From Malacoraja senta (taxonomy: Eukaryota), in the NCBI GenBank assembly GCA_038087875.1, contig CM075999.1:4156001-4220000 (forward strand): DNA of 64,000 nt, in the 5' to 3' direction. Of the stretch, positions 25,601 to 37,400 are shown piece after piece. Positions within the stretch are counted from its first letter, which is position 1; each line of letters opens with the position of its first letter. The notes beneath the pieces are model-generated. The model saw only the letters and a program-made list of their open reading frames with translations. It ran no database searches and was not told the origin of the DNA. The position numbers were made by a program, and so were the translations under genes.

Positions 25601-25924
25601 CCTTCCTCCACCTCTTCTCTCTGGGACTTGGGAACCGAAGCTCCAGTCTGCACCAGTCCCACTGGCTAGAGTCCGGCCGGAGGGGCCGCTGCGCCGGCCG
25701 CCTGTACTGACCGCTCCGTTCACCGTCCTCTAGAGCCGTGGCCTAAAGCACCAGTCAATCATTGATCTGTACTGAGCATGAGCAGCGATCGATACCTCGG
25801 ACATGTTCCAGCAGCCGAGCCACTGTTTTATTGATGAGTTCAGAGGATGCCCGAGGCTCTGATCGTTCACCGGCTTCTCTCTGGGGTCGGCGCTGGTCCG
25901 GGTTGTCCAGCGGCGATGAAGGTT

Positions 25925-26087
25925 ACCGGGGGGCGCGTGACCGGGATGCGCGTGACAGGGGGCGCGTGACCGAGGGGCGCGTGACCGATGCGCGCGTGAC
26001 CTGGGACGCGTGACCGGGATGCGCGTGACCGATGCGCGCGTGACCGGGGGCGCGTGACCGATGCGCGCGTGACCGGGATGCGCGTTA
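25925..26087. repeat. CpG-rich ~15-bp minisatellite (GCGCGTGACCG...)
   Basis: About 10 tandem gcgcgtgacc units. Confidence 0.9.
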
Positions 26088-26443
26088 CTGCGCCACAGTC
26101 TCTCAGCCAACTCGTCAGGGAGATGAACACTGGAGAAGGGTCTTGACCTGAAACGTCACCCATTCCTTCTCTCCACAGATGCTGCCTGTCCCACTGAGTT
26201 ACTCCAGCTTTTTGTGTCTATCTTCAGGGAGATGGACCTGTCCGGGATCGCCATGAATCTCGCTTCGCTCTTTTCCACAGCGGCTGCCTTTTGAAGACAT
26301 TTGGACAAATGTGATGGAGAGGAAGGGTGGAGAGAAATCTACCCAAAATGCCAACTTGGTTAGCATGGACAAGTTGGTCCGAATGGCCTGTTTTGTGCTG
26401 TACAACTCTGTGACTGTATCTCGGTGTCTGTGTGACTCTGTAA

Positions 26444-27315
26444 CATAGAAACATAGAAATTAGGTGCAGGAGTAGGCCATTCGGCCCTTCGAGCCTGCAC
26501 CGCCATTCAATATGATCATGGCTGATCATCCAACTCAGTATCCCGTACCTGCCTTCTCTCCATACCCTCTGATCCCTTTAGCCACAAGGGCCACATCTAA
26601 CCCTCTTAAATATAGCCAATGAACTGGCCTCGACTACCCTCTGTGGCAGAGAGTTCCAGAGATTCACCACTCTCTGTGTGAAAAAAGTTCTTCTCATCTC
26701 GGTTTTAAAGGATTTCCCCCTTATCCTTAAGCTGTGACGCCTTGTCCTGGACTTCCCCAACATCGGGAGCAATCTTCCTGCATCTAGCCTGTCCAACCCC
26801 TTAAGAATTGTGTAAGTTTCTATAAGATCCCCTCTCAATCTCCTAAATTCTAGAGAGTATAAACCAAGTCTATCCAGTCTTTCTTCATAAGACAGTCCTG
26901 ACATCCCAGGAATCAGTCTGGTGAACCTTCTCTGCACTCCCTCTATGGCAATAATGTCCTTCCTCAGATTTGGAGACCAAAACTGTACGCAATACTCCAG
27001 GTGTGGTCTCACCAAGACCCTGTACAACTGCAGTAGAACCTCCCTGCTCCTATACTCAAATCCTTTTGCTATGAAAGCTAACATACCATTCGCTTTCTTC
27101 ACTGCCTGCTGCACCTGCATGCCTACTTTCAATGACTGGTGTACCATGACACCCAGGTCTCGCTGCATCTCCCCTTTTCCTAGTCGGCCACCATTTAGAT
27201 AATAGTCTGCTTTCCTGTTTTTGCCACCAAAATGGATAACCTCACATTTATCCACATTATACTGCATCTGCCAAACATTTGCCCACTCACCAGCCTATCC
27301 AAGTCACCTTGCAGT
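26444..27315 (-). mobile_element. CR1 LINE 3' fragment, young
   Basis: 229-aa ORF (26578-27267) with QMQYNVDKC...LVRPHLEYCVQFWSP...FFTQRVVNLWNSLP; CATAGAAA tail. Confidence 0.93.
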
Positions 27316-29561
27316 AACCATGTGTCTCTATGACTCTGTGTCTCTGTGATTCTGTGAATCTTCTAAATCTTCAGAATTTGTAGTCGGCAGGGCAGTACTC
27401 TGCATATCGCCAACTTGGATGTGTTGTGCATACTAACGTGCTGTTAGTGCCCCCCTTAAAACTGTCTAGTGAAGGGGATTTGACGGTGTCTCTGTGACTC
27501 TGTGTCTCTGTGTCTCTGTGACTCTGTGACCCTGTGTCTCTGTGACTCTCTGTGTCTCTGTGACTCTGACAGTGTGTCTCTGTGTCTCTGTGACCGTGTG
27601 ACTGTGTGTCTCTGTGTTTCTGTTCCTTGTGCAGGCGGCGGGAGACATGCTTCTGTCCACGGGCCCAGCCAACACTGTGCGTCCCCGTCCCTCGGAGTGA
27701 GTTCTGGCGGGGGAGAGAGGGGGGGGGGAGGAGGAAATTTGAGGGTGTGGAGAAGAGAGAAACTGGGACAGAGAGAGAAGATGAAGGGGTTAAGAGAAGA
27801 GAGGGACAGAGAGGGGGAGGAGAGAGAATGGGGGAGGGGAGGGAGCAGCAGCGTGAATCCACTGCTGGCAGAGTCCAGGCGGGTAGTTACCGGACACTGC
27901 CGCCTTTAACACGCAGCTGCCGGACTCCGCGCACCAATTGTTCCTGGATATCAGAAGGTGGAATTTAATCCGCGGCTTTAGATTGGATGTGTCGCCGGGT
28001 CGCCGCTTAGTTGGACGCGAGCTCGCTGCTTTTGCTGACCCTGGCTGCGAAACTCAGGCAGCAAATGTGTATAAATTACCCTGATATTCCCCGCACTCGC
28101 TGCAAGGCGGCGGGGAAACGTGACCGCGGTTACTACAGCATTAGACACAAAAATCTGGAGAAGGGTCTCGACCTGAAACGTCACCTATTCCTTCTCTCCA
28201 AAGATGCTGCCTGACCCGCTGAGTTACTCCAGCATTTTGTGTCTGCCTTCGGTTTAAACCAGCACCTGCAGTTCCTTCTTACACAATCTATACTCATTAC
28301 CCTGAATGATGAATCCCAAAGTACCGAAAGCCTTCTTGACAACCCTATCGAAGATAGATACAAAATGCTGGAGTAACTCGGCGAGTCAGGCAGCATCTGT
28401 GGAGAATAGGTAACACCCTACCTACTTGTGCTGCCACTTTCAGGGCGTGAATCATTGGTGATGTCTTTGCACTCCTAGATCGCTCTGTTTTAGGGGCCCT
28501 CCCATGGGGGGCTGCCATTGGGCCGTAAAGGTCCTGCCCTGGTTTGTCTTCCCAAAATGTTACACCTCGCACTATCTCCACTAAACTGCACCAGCAATTC
28601 CTCAGCCCACTCGCCCAACTGATCTGCGATTATTTTGATAACCATCATGGAAGTGCCTGCGCGGTTTCATTGTCCATGCCCCTCGTGGTCTTGTACATCT
28701 CAGTAAAGTCACCCCTCAGCTTCGCTACTCTAAATAAATGTCAATGTTTTCCATAAAGCTGACAATTTATTCGAGAATTAAGTCGGATATATAAATGCAA
28801 TGCATAGTTCACACACAGATACCGTCTGGTAATTGTCCAACATAAGAGTTAATGTGTGAGTGTGGGGGGGGGGGGGGGGGGGGGGCAGATGGGTAAAATG
28901 GAGCCACAATGAACTGCGATGCTGGAATCTTGAGTAACACACAAAGTGGTGGAGGAACTCAGCGGGTCAGGCAGCATCTGTGGAGGGAATGGACAGGATC
29001 CGTCTACAGATCTCACTGCATGAGCTGGCTGTACGCAACGTGACAGGGAAGAGGTGCTTGTGGAAACAATATTTTACAAAATAAAACTAGATTGAGTTTG
29101 GTCGCGACGCCGCTACCGAGGAAAGAAAGAAAGGGGGACGCGGCGTGAGGGTCCGCCGTGAGCGGTGGGGGGTGGGGGGGGGGAACAAAGGGGACCCGGC
29201 ACCGATACTGTGTATACTTTGTAAGCGCCCCCTATGCGCGCCTATGTACCAACCTCGGCAAGATGCGCAAACAAATAATTTCACTGTGACTGGTCACATG
29301 TGACAATGACGTACTCAGTTCAGGTTCCACGTTAGCCAGTCCCCCTCCCCCTCCCCCTCCCCCGCACCAGTTAGAACATAAACAATAGGTGCAGGAGTAG
29401 GCCATTCGGCCCTTCGAGCCAGTATCGCCATTCAATATGATCATGGCTGATCATCCACAATCAGTATTTAAGAAGGAACCGCAGATGCTGGAAAATCGAA
29501 GGTACACAAAAATGCTGGAGAAACTCAGCGGGTGCAGCAGCATTTATGGAACGAAGGAAAT

Positions 29562-29597
29562 AGGCAACGTTTCGGGCCGAAACCCTTCTTCAGACTG
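29562..29597 (-). ncRNA. Minimal type-I hammerhead ribozyme motif (Penelope inverted end)
   Basis: Minus strand cagtCTGAAGAaGGGTttcgGCCC-GAAA-CG-TT-gcct. Confidence 0.72.
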
Positions 29598-30426
29598 ATA
29601 GGGGGTGGGGGGGGGGGGTGAGAAGAAAGGAAAAAGGAGGAGGAGTGGTGGGGTCAGGTTGGAGTTGGCGAAACTGACGGGGGATTATTGTTGTATGTGA
29701 CGGCTGGTGGTCCCCCCTAGTCCTCACCCTTCACCCCACCAGCCGTCACATACAACAAGTGATCCTCCGTCAGTTTCGCCACCTCCAACGTGACCCACCA
29801 CTCGCCACATCTTCCCATCTCCCCCCATGTCTGCCTTCCGCAAAGACCGCTCCCTCCATAACTCCCAGGTCAATTCTTCCCTTCCCTCTCGTACTACCCC
29901 CTCCCCGGGCACTTTCCTTTGCAACCGCAAGAGATGCTACACTTGTCGCTTTACCTCCCCCCTCGACTCCATTCAAGGACCTAAGCAGTCGTTCCAGGTG
30001 CGACAGAGGTTCACCTGCATCTCCTCCAACCTCATCTATTGCATCCGCTGCTCTAGATGTCAGCTGATCTACATCGGTGAGACCAAGCGGAGGCTTGGCG
30101 ATCGTTTCGCCGAACACCTCCGGTCGGTCCGCAATAACCAACCTGACCTCCCGGTGGCTCAGCACTTCAACTCCCCCTCCCATTCCGTATCTGACCTCTC
30201 TGTCCTGGGTCTCCTCCATGGCCAGAGCGAGCAACACCGGAAATTGGAGGAACAGCACCTCATATTCCGCTTGGGCAGTCTACATCCTGGGGGCATGAAC
30301 ATTGAATTCTCCCAATTTTTGTTAGCCCTTGCTGTCTCCTCCCCTTCCTATCTCTCCCTCAGCCCTCGGGCTCCTCCTCCTTTTTGCTTTCTTCTCCCCG
30401 CCACCCCCCCCCCCCCCCCCCCCAAC

Positions 30427-30462
30427 AGTCTGAAGAAGGGGTTTCGGCCCGAAACGTTGCCT
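30427..30462 (+). ncRNA. Minimal type-I hammerhead ribozyme motif (Penelope 3' terminal repeat)
   Basis: agtCTGAAGA (30430-30436) agGGGTttcgGCCC GAAAC (30451-30455) GTT gcct. Confidence 0.68.
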
Positions 30463-32272
30463 ATTTCCTTCGCTCCATAGATGCTGCTGCACCCGCTGAG
30501 TTTCTCCAGCATTTTTGTCTACCATCCATGATCAGTACCCAGGTCCTGCTTTCTCCCATATCCCCTGATTCCGTTAGCCCTAAGAGCTAAATCTAACTCT
30601 CTCTTGAAAACATCCAGAGAATTGGCCTCAGCTGCGTTTTGTGGCAGAGAATTGCACAGATTCACAAACTCTCTGTGTGAAAACGTTTTTCCTTATCTCA
30701 GTCCTAAATGGCCTACCCCTTATTCTTAAACTGTGACCCCTGGTTCTGGACTCCCCCAACATCAGGAACATTTTTTCTGCATCTATCCTGTCCAATTCTC
30801 TAAGAATTGTATATGTTTCTATAAGTTCCACTCGCATCCTTCTAAATTCCAGCGAATATAAGCCCAGTCGACACATTCTTTCATCATATGTCAGTCCCGC
30901 CATCCGATGAAAGAATGGGTCGACTGGGCTTGTATTCGCTTGAATTTAGATGCTAAAACAAAGACACGTCGTGATGGTGCTGGAACTGTGTCTCTGCCAG
31001 TGCTCTCTGCCAGTGGTCTCTGCCAGTGGCTGCAGATGGAGACGGCCCCGTCCCACCGTCTCCCAGTCACTACTACGGGCATCGCAACATGATGTTGTTA
31101 CGTGGCCGGGGCCCGGGGTGACCGCCATGTCCGTGTTCCAGGAACATGCTGCCCGTAGCCATGGCAACCGCGGGGTGGGGGATGGGCGGAAGCTCCCTGC
31201 ACATTCTCAACCTTCAGTCTTGATCTTTTCAAGAGAGAGTTAGAATTAGCTCTAGGGGCTAAGGAATCAAGGGATATGGGGAGAAAGCAGGGACGGGGTA
31301 CTGATTGTGGATGATCAGCCATGATCATATTGAATGGCGGTGCTGGCTCGAAGGGCCGAATGGTCTACTCCTGCACCTATTGTCTATGTTTCTGTGTTTC
31401 AGCCAGCGGACGGCAAACACCCATCGCCATGTGAGGCATGTTGCGATGCCCGTAGTAGTGACTGGGAGACGGTGGGACGGGGCCGTCTCCATCTGCAGCC
31501 ACTGGCAGAGACCACTGGCAGAGAGCACTGGCAGAGACCACTGGCAGAGACCACTGGCAGAGACCACTGGCTCAGTGGTTGCTAATGTCTACCACCAGCG
31601 ATGTAATAGGTCACAGCAAGACCTAATCACCATTGAGTTCAACATGGACTGACAGGTAACATAGCATGGTACAGCACAAGAACAGGCCTTTCGGCCCACA
31701 ATATCTCGTGTAGAAGCCCGGGTCGGGCGAAGCGGCCGACGGAGCCCGCGGCTGGGGCCGGGCCCGGGTCGGCACCAGGGAGGCGTGAAGTGGGGCCACG
31801 GCGGTGGTGAAGCCCCGTGAGGGGAAGAACATTGGACAATGGGGGGGGGGGGTGATGACTGGGGACCCGGCGTGGGGGAACTGTTGGGAGGGGGGGGGCG
31901 TGCTGTGTGCTTTGTCAGCGCCGTAGGTGGCTGCTATTTGTATACAGATTATCTCTCCGTGCCTAGTCACAAGTGACAAAGTATTCCTGTTCCTATCCGT
32001 ACCGATGCATATAAAGCTCGGGACCCCTGCGATAGGGGATGAAGAGGCAAGACCATCTGTGGCCAGTGATGGGCCTGGGGCGGTTTCCCAGACCCCAGGT
32101 CTTTAGCCAATACCCTCGTTATAAGTTCATATGTGATACGAACAGAATATAGTAATTCGGCCCATCAAGTCTACTCCACCATTCAACCATGGCTGATCTA
32201 TCTTTCCCTCTCAACCCCATTCTCCTGCCTTCTCCCCATAACCCCTGACACCCGCACTCATTATTACCCGCC

Positions 32273-33525
32273 CTCAATATCCTCATCCTCCTCGACCTGA
32301 GTGCAGCCTTCGATACCGTCAACCACAACATCCTGCTCACCAGACTTAGGGACCTTGGCATTGAAGGTTCTGCACTCAGCTGGTTCCGTTCTTACCTTTC
32401 CAACCGATCCCACTTCATCTCTCTCCATAACCACACCTCTGCCACAGCCACTGTCACTCAAGGCGTTCCCCAAGGCTCCGTTCTTGGTCCCCTCCTCTTC
32501 ATCATCTACATCCTCCCCCTTGGTCATATACTCCGTCACTTCCAACTGGACTTCCACTGCTATGCTGATGACACCCAGATCTATCTCAGCACCAAGTCCC
32601 CCCACCACCCCCCTCTCTCCCATATCAACTCCTGCCTATCAGCCATCAAATCTTGGATGCAACTCAACTTCCTTAAATTAAACAGTAGCAAAACAGAATT
32701 TCTCCTCATTGGCTCCAAATCAACACTCACTAAAATCAACAACCCCACTCTCACTATCGACGGCACCACTGTCTCCCCATCTCCTCAGGCACGCAACCTT
32801 GGCGTGATCCTTGACTCAACCCTCTCCCTTGAGCCTCACATCCGCCATGTTGTCAAAACATCATTTTTTCACCTCCGCAACATTGCAAAAATCAGATCGT
32901 CTCTCACACCCCCCGCTGCTGAAAGACTCATCCATGCCTTCATCTCCTCCCGACTGGACTACTGTAACTCTCTTCTTTTCGGAATCAATTCCAGCAGCAT
33001 CAAACGACTCCAACTGGTCCAGAATGCAGCCGCCCGACTCATTACCCACACCAACTCCTGGCACCACATCACCCCAGTTCTCAAAGAACTTCACTGGCTT
33101 CCCATTTCCCACCGGATCACCTACAAAATCCTGGTCCTCACCTACAAAGCCCTCAACAACCTGGCCCCCCCTTATCTCATTGACCTCCTCTCCCCCTACC
33201 AACCCTCACGGTCCCTCAGATCCACATCAGCTGGTCTCCTCTCCACTCCGAATTCAAACCTCTGCACTTTTGGAGGCAGAGCCTTCTCCAGGGCAGCTCC
33301 CAGGCTCTGGAATTCCCTCCCACAACCGGTCCGAAATTCTGAGTCCCTCACCATCTTCCAGTCCCGCCTCAAGACCCATCTCTTCACCTCTGCATACCCT
33401 TAGTCCCATGTTCCCCTCCCCTCTGTCTTACTGCTCTATTTTGTTTTGTTTATTCCTGACTCTCAATTGTAAAGCGACTTTGAGTCCTGAAAAGCGCTAT
33501 ATAAAATAAATCTATTATTATTATT
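32273..33525 (+). mobile_element. L2-clade LINE, 5'-truncated, RT frame uninterrupted to the stop at 33403
   Basis: LILLDLSAAFDTVNH...[16 protein letters not shown]...CYADDTQIY...LVQNAAARL...LHWLP...FQSRLKTHLF; 3' UTR ends AATAAA...(TAT)n. Confidence 0.93.
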
Positions 33526-33710
33526 ACGTGTCTTTAACTAAATAGGCGGCAGAGCCGCTTTATTACACTGCCCCCTGTTGAATAAACCCCGGCTATTTTC
33601 AGATAATATATTGGAATTAAGTTTGGGTTTTAGCAGACGGACCAGGCTATTGTCAAGCAACCGAACCATCCGACCACAACCAGAGGGCAGTCCTGAACTA
33701 CTATCTACCT

Positions 33711-34393
33711 CAGGGGTGGGGAACCTTTTCATGTTGGAATGCCGCATTAAGTTAGCTGTAATCTAATAAGGCCGCATCAAGAAACTTCAATTAGATATAC
33801 TTCAAAATGTACATTATTTTGTAAAAATCTAACTACTATGTACTAACCTCAAGAAAATGATTTTTTTTAAATTCTAAAGTTAATTAACCATTTAATGACT
33901 TTGTTGTGACTGCTTTTTGTGGGAAAGCATTGAATATTTGGTTGCAACATGGAGGGACGCAGTTTCTGCTGATCTTCTAGATGGGTGTCCGTCATTTGTG
34001 ACCTTAAGGGCGTCTTGATTTGGGTTAGATAGGAGAATGTAGATTCGCAGCAATAAGTGGTTGAAAAGCAAGAAAGCATTTTTCGTGCATGTCAAAGTTA
34101 ACGTACATTCTAGAGTCGCATTAGAGCTAAATCATGAGCAGAGCAGGTGTGAAAATAGCCCTCATGACTTACTAATGTTTTAATTGTGGCCGTCAGTCGG
34201 GGAGGATTATTTCGTTGAAACTTCTTTTACTCTTTGGTATTTTAAATACGTTCACCTTAAGATTAAAATTAAAATAATAAAAGACGAACAAAAACATATT
34301 AATAAAAATAAAATGATTTGTTCTACAAAATTTGGATTCATTCAAAAGGCCGCACTTAATGGCCTAGGCGGCCAAGGAGGTTCCCCACCCCTG
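33711..34393 (-). mobile_element. hAT (Charlie/Buster-type) non-autonomous element with transposase C-terminal remnant
   Basis: 16-bp TIRs CAGGGGTGGGGAACCT / AGGTTCCCCACCCCTG; 8-bp TSD ATCTACCT (33703-33710, 34394-34401); FSTTYCCESTFSYLTQIKTPLRSQM dimerisation-domain remnant. Confidence 0.93.
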
Positions 34394-36032
34394 ATCTACC
34401 TCATTGGGGACCCCCCGGACTATCTATGATCGGACTTTACTGGCTTTACCTTGCACTAAACGTTATTCCCTTATCCTGTATCTGCACACTGTAAATGGCT
34501 GGATTGTAATCATGTATTGTCTTTCCGCTGGCTGGATAACACACAACAAAAGCTTCTCACTGTACCTCGGTACACGTGACAATAAACTAAACTGCACCCC
34601 CCCCCCCCCCCCCCCCCCGCACTTGTGCAGCGCGACCCCCATTGTCGCTGTCTGATGATATTTAAGTCTTTGGAATATTTAACTGCAGCGTCTCTAGGGT
34701 CAAAGCCTCTGTTCCCATGACAACGGCAACGGCAACGGCAACGGCACCTTTAATTTCACAGTCGGTGGAAAAATGCCAAGTCCTTTAGTAATTGTGTTAA
34801 AGAAGGAACTGCAGATGCTTCGAAAATCGAAGGAAAATTCGCTCCATAGATGCTGCTGCACCCGCTGAGTTTCTCCAGCATTTTTGTGTACCTTTAGTAA
34901 TTGTGGCGTTTACATGTGGCGGGAGGTGGCGGGAGGTGGCGGGCACCGACCGACCGACCGCCCGCCCGCCCTCCGCCTGCCGGCGCCACATGTTCAGCGG
35001 CTTTCAGCCCCCAACCCTCCCCCCCCCACTACCCCCTCCCCTCCCCCCCCACTACCCCCTTTCCCCCTCCCCTCCCCCCCCAACCCTCCCCCCCACTACC
35101 ACCTTCCCCCCTCCCCTCCCCTCCCCCGCCTATTGTGTGTTTCACCATTAACACCTCTGCTCAAAAACGCTTTGTCCACCTGCTTTCAGAGCGAATCTTT
35201 GCCCTAAGCCGACCTTTGTATGGAGCGCTGACCCTGGCGAGGGAGGGGGAGGGGACGGGGGAGGGGGAGGGGGAGGGGGTGGGGGACGAGAGTGGGGGTG
35301 GGGGTGGGGGTGGGGGTGGGGGACGAGAGTGGGGGAGGGGGAGGGGGTGGGGGACGAGAGTGGGGGAGGGGGTGGGGGACGAGAGTGGGGGTGGGGATGG
35401 GGGTGGGGGACGAGAGTGGGGGTGGGGGTGTTGGTGTTGTAGCCACACATCGGGCGCTGTGAACCCGCACGCCTGCTCCACCAAGTGGCGGCTGCCGGAC
35501 CAGCAGCCCGCCCGCTCCAGCACCAGCCAGCGTTGCATGTATGTACCCTTGCATGCGGCGAGCAGTGCAGGTTGTGCCGCCTGTGGTTCTGCACCCGTGT
35601 TCCTGCTCCTCACTCCACCCACCGTCTGCACAATGAGCTGCCATTCGCCTCACTCTGGTGGCCAGTACTTTGTAAACACAACCTGCACCTCCCACCCCCA
35701 CCGTCTGCCTCAGTCTCTGGCAAGACAAATATCACCACCATGGCTGGAGTGATGCCACACATAGACTGGATGAACAGCTCCTCGTATTCCGCTTGGGCAG
35801 TTTACAACCAATGGTATGAACATTGAACTCTCCAATTATAAGAACATTTCCCCCATCCCCCGCCCCACTCCCACCCATTTCCACGAACATTTCTCCGACT
35901 ACCCCAGTAACCATGCTTCTCAAAATCAACACCTTGTACATGGCAGAGATATCCTTTCCAAATGAAACACATCCCATGATTAACTGGAGGCGCGGGGAAC
36001 TGCAAATGCTGGGATCTTCAGAAAACATGTTT

Positions 36033-37400
36033 TAGAAACATAGAAAACATAGAAAATATGTGCAGGAGTAGGCCATTCGGCCCTTCGAGCCTGCACCGCC
36101 ATTCAATATGATCATGGCTGATCATCCAACTCAGTATCCCGTACCTGCCTTCTCTCCATACCCCCTGATCCCTTTAGCCACAAGGGCCACATCTAACTCC
36201 CTCTTAAATATAGCCAATGAACTGGCCTCAACTACCCTCTGTGGCAGAGAGTTCCAGAGATTCACCACTCTCTGTGTGAAAACGTTTTTCCTCATCTCGG
36301 TCTTAAAGGATTTCCCCCTTATCCTTAAGCTGTGACCCCTTGTCCTGGACTTCCCCAACATCGGGAACAATCTTCCTGCATCTAGCCTGTCCAACCCCAT
36401 AAGAATTTTGTACGTTTCTATAAGATCCCCTCTCAATCTCCTAAATTCTAGCGAGTATAAGCCAAGTCTATCCAGTCTTTCTTCATATGAAAGTCCTGAC
36501 ATCCCAGGAATCAGTCTGGTGAACCTTCTCTGCACTCCCTCTATGGCTATAATGTCCTTCCTCAGATTTGGAGACCAAAACTGTACGCAATACTCCAGGT
36601 GTGGTCTCACCAAGACCCTGTGCAACTGCTGTAGAACCTCCCTGCTCCTATACTCAAATCCTCTTGCTATGAAGGCCAGCATACCATTCGCTTTCTTCAC
36701 TGCCTGCTGCACCTGCATGTCTACTTTCAATGACTGGTGTACCATGACACCCAGGTCTCGCTGCATCTCCCCATTTCCTAATCGGCCACCGTTTAGATAA
36801 TAGTCTGCCTTCCCGTTTTTGCCACCAAAGTGGATAACCTCACATTTATCCACATTATACTGCATCTGCCAAACATTTGCCCACTCACCCAGCCTATCCA
36901 AGTCACCTTGCAGTCTCCTAGCATCCTCCTCACAGCTAACACTGCCCCCCAGCTTAGTGTCATCCGCAAACTTGGAGATGTTGCTTTCAATTCCCTCGTC
37001 CAGATCATTAATATAAATTGTTAATAGCTGGGGTCCCAGCACTGAGCCTTGCGGTACCCCACTAGTCACTGCCTGCCATTGTGAAAAGGACCCGTTTACT
37101 CCTACTCTTTGCTTCCTGTTTGCCAGACAGTTCTCTATCCACATCAATACTGAACCCCCAATACCGTGTGATTTAAGTTTGTATCCTAATCTCTTATGTG
37201 GTACCTTGTCGAAAGCCTTCTGAAAGTCCAGATACAACACATCCACTGGTTCTCCCCTATCCACTCTACTAGTTACATCCTCGAAAAATTCTATGATTCA
37301 TCAGACACGATTTACCTTTCGTAAATCCACGCTGACTTTGTCCAATGATTTCACCACTTTCCAAATGTGCGGCTATCCCATCTTTAATAACTGACTCTAG
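36033..37400 (-). mobile_element. CR1 LINE 3' fragment with uninterrupted 377-aa RT ORF
   Basis: ORF 36131-37264: VDVLYLDFQKAFDKVPH...[10 protein letters not shown]...KFADDTKL...; CATAGAAA tail. Confidence 0.95.

Larger units (their letters stand above)
29470..30525 (+). mobile_element. Penelope-like element: 5'-truncated GIY-YIG endonuclease region with an inverted terminal segment; hammerhead motifs at both ends
   Basis: ORF 29827-30480 has CNRKRCYTC...SNLIYCIRCSRCQLIYIGETKRRLGDRFAEH...HFN...EQHLIFRLGSLHPGGMN (PLE GIY-YIG). The left segment (~29500-29645) is the reverse complement of ~30370-30522, and 29643-29710 is the reverse complement of 29736-29803. Confidence 0.92.

Noticed and set aside
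25829..25862. C/D-box snoRNA (TGATGA...CTGA)
   Set aside because: The boxes are only ~30 nt apart, with no convincing terminal stem or host intron.
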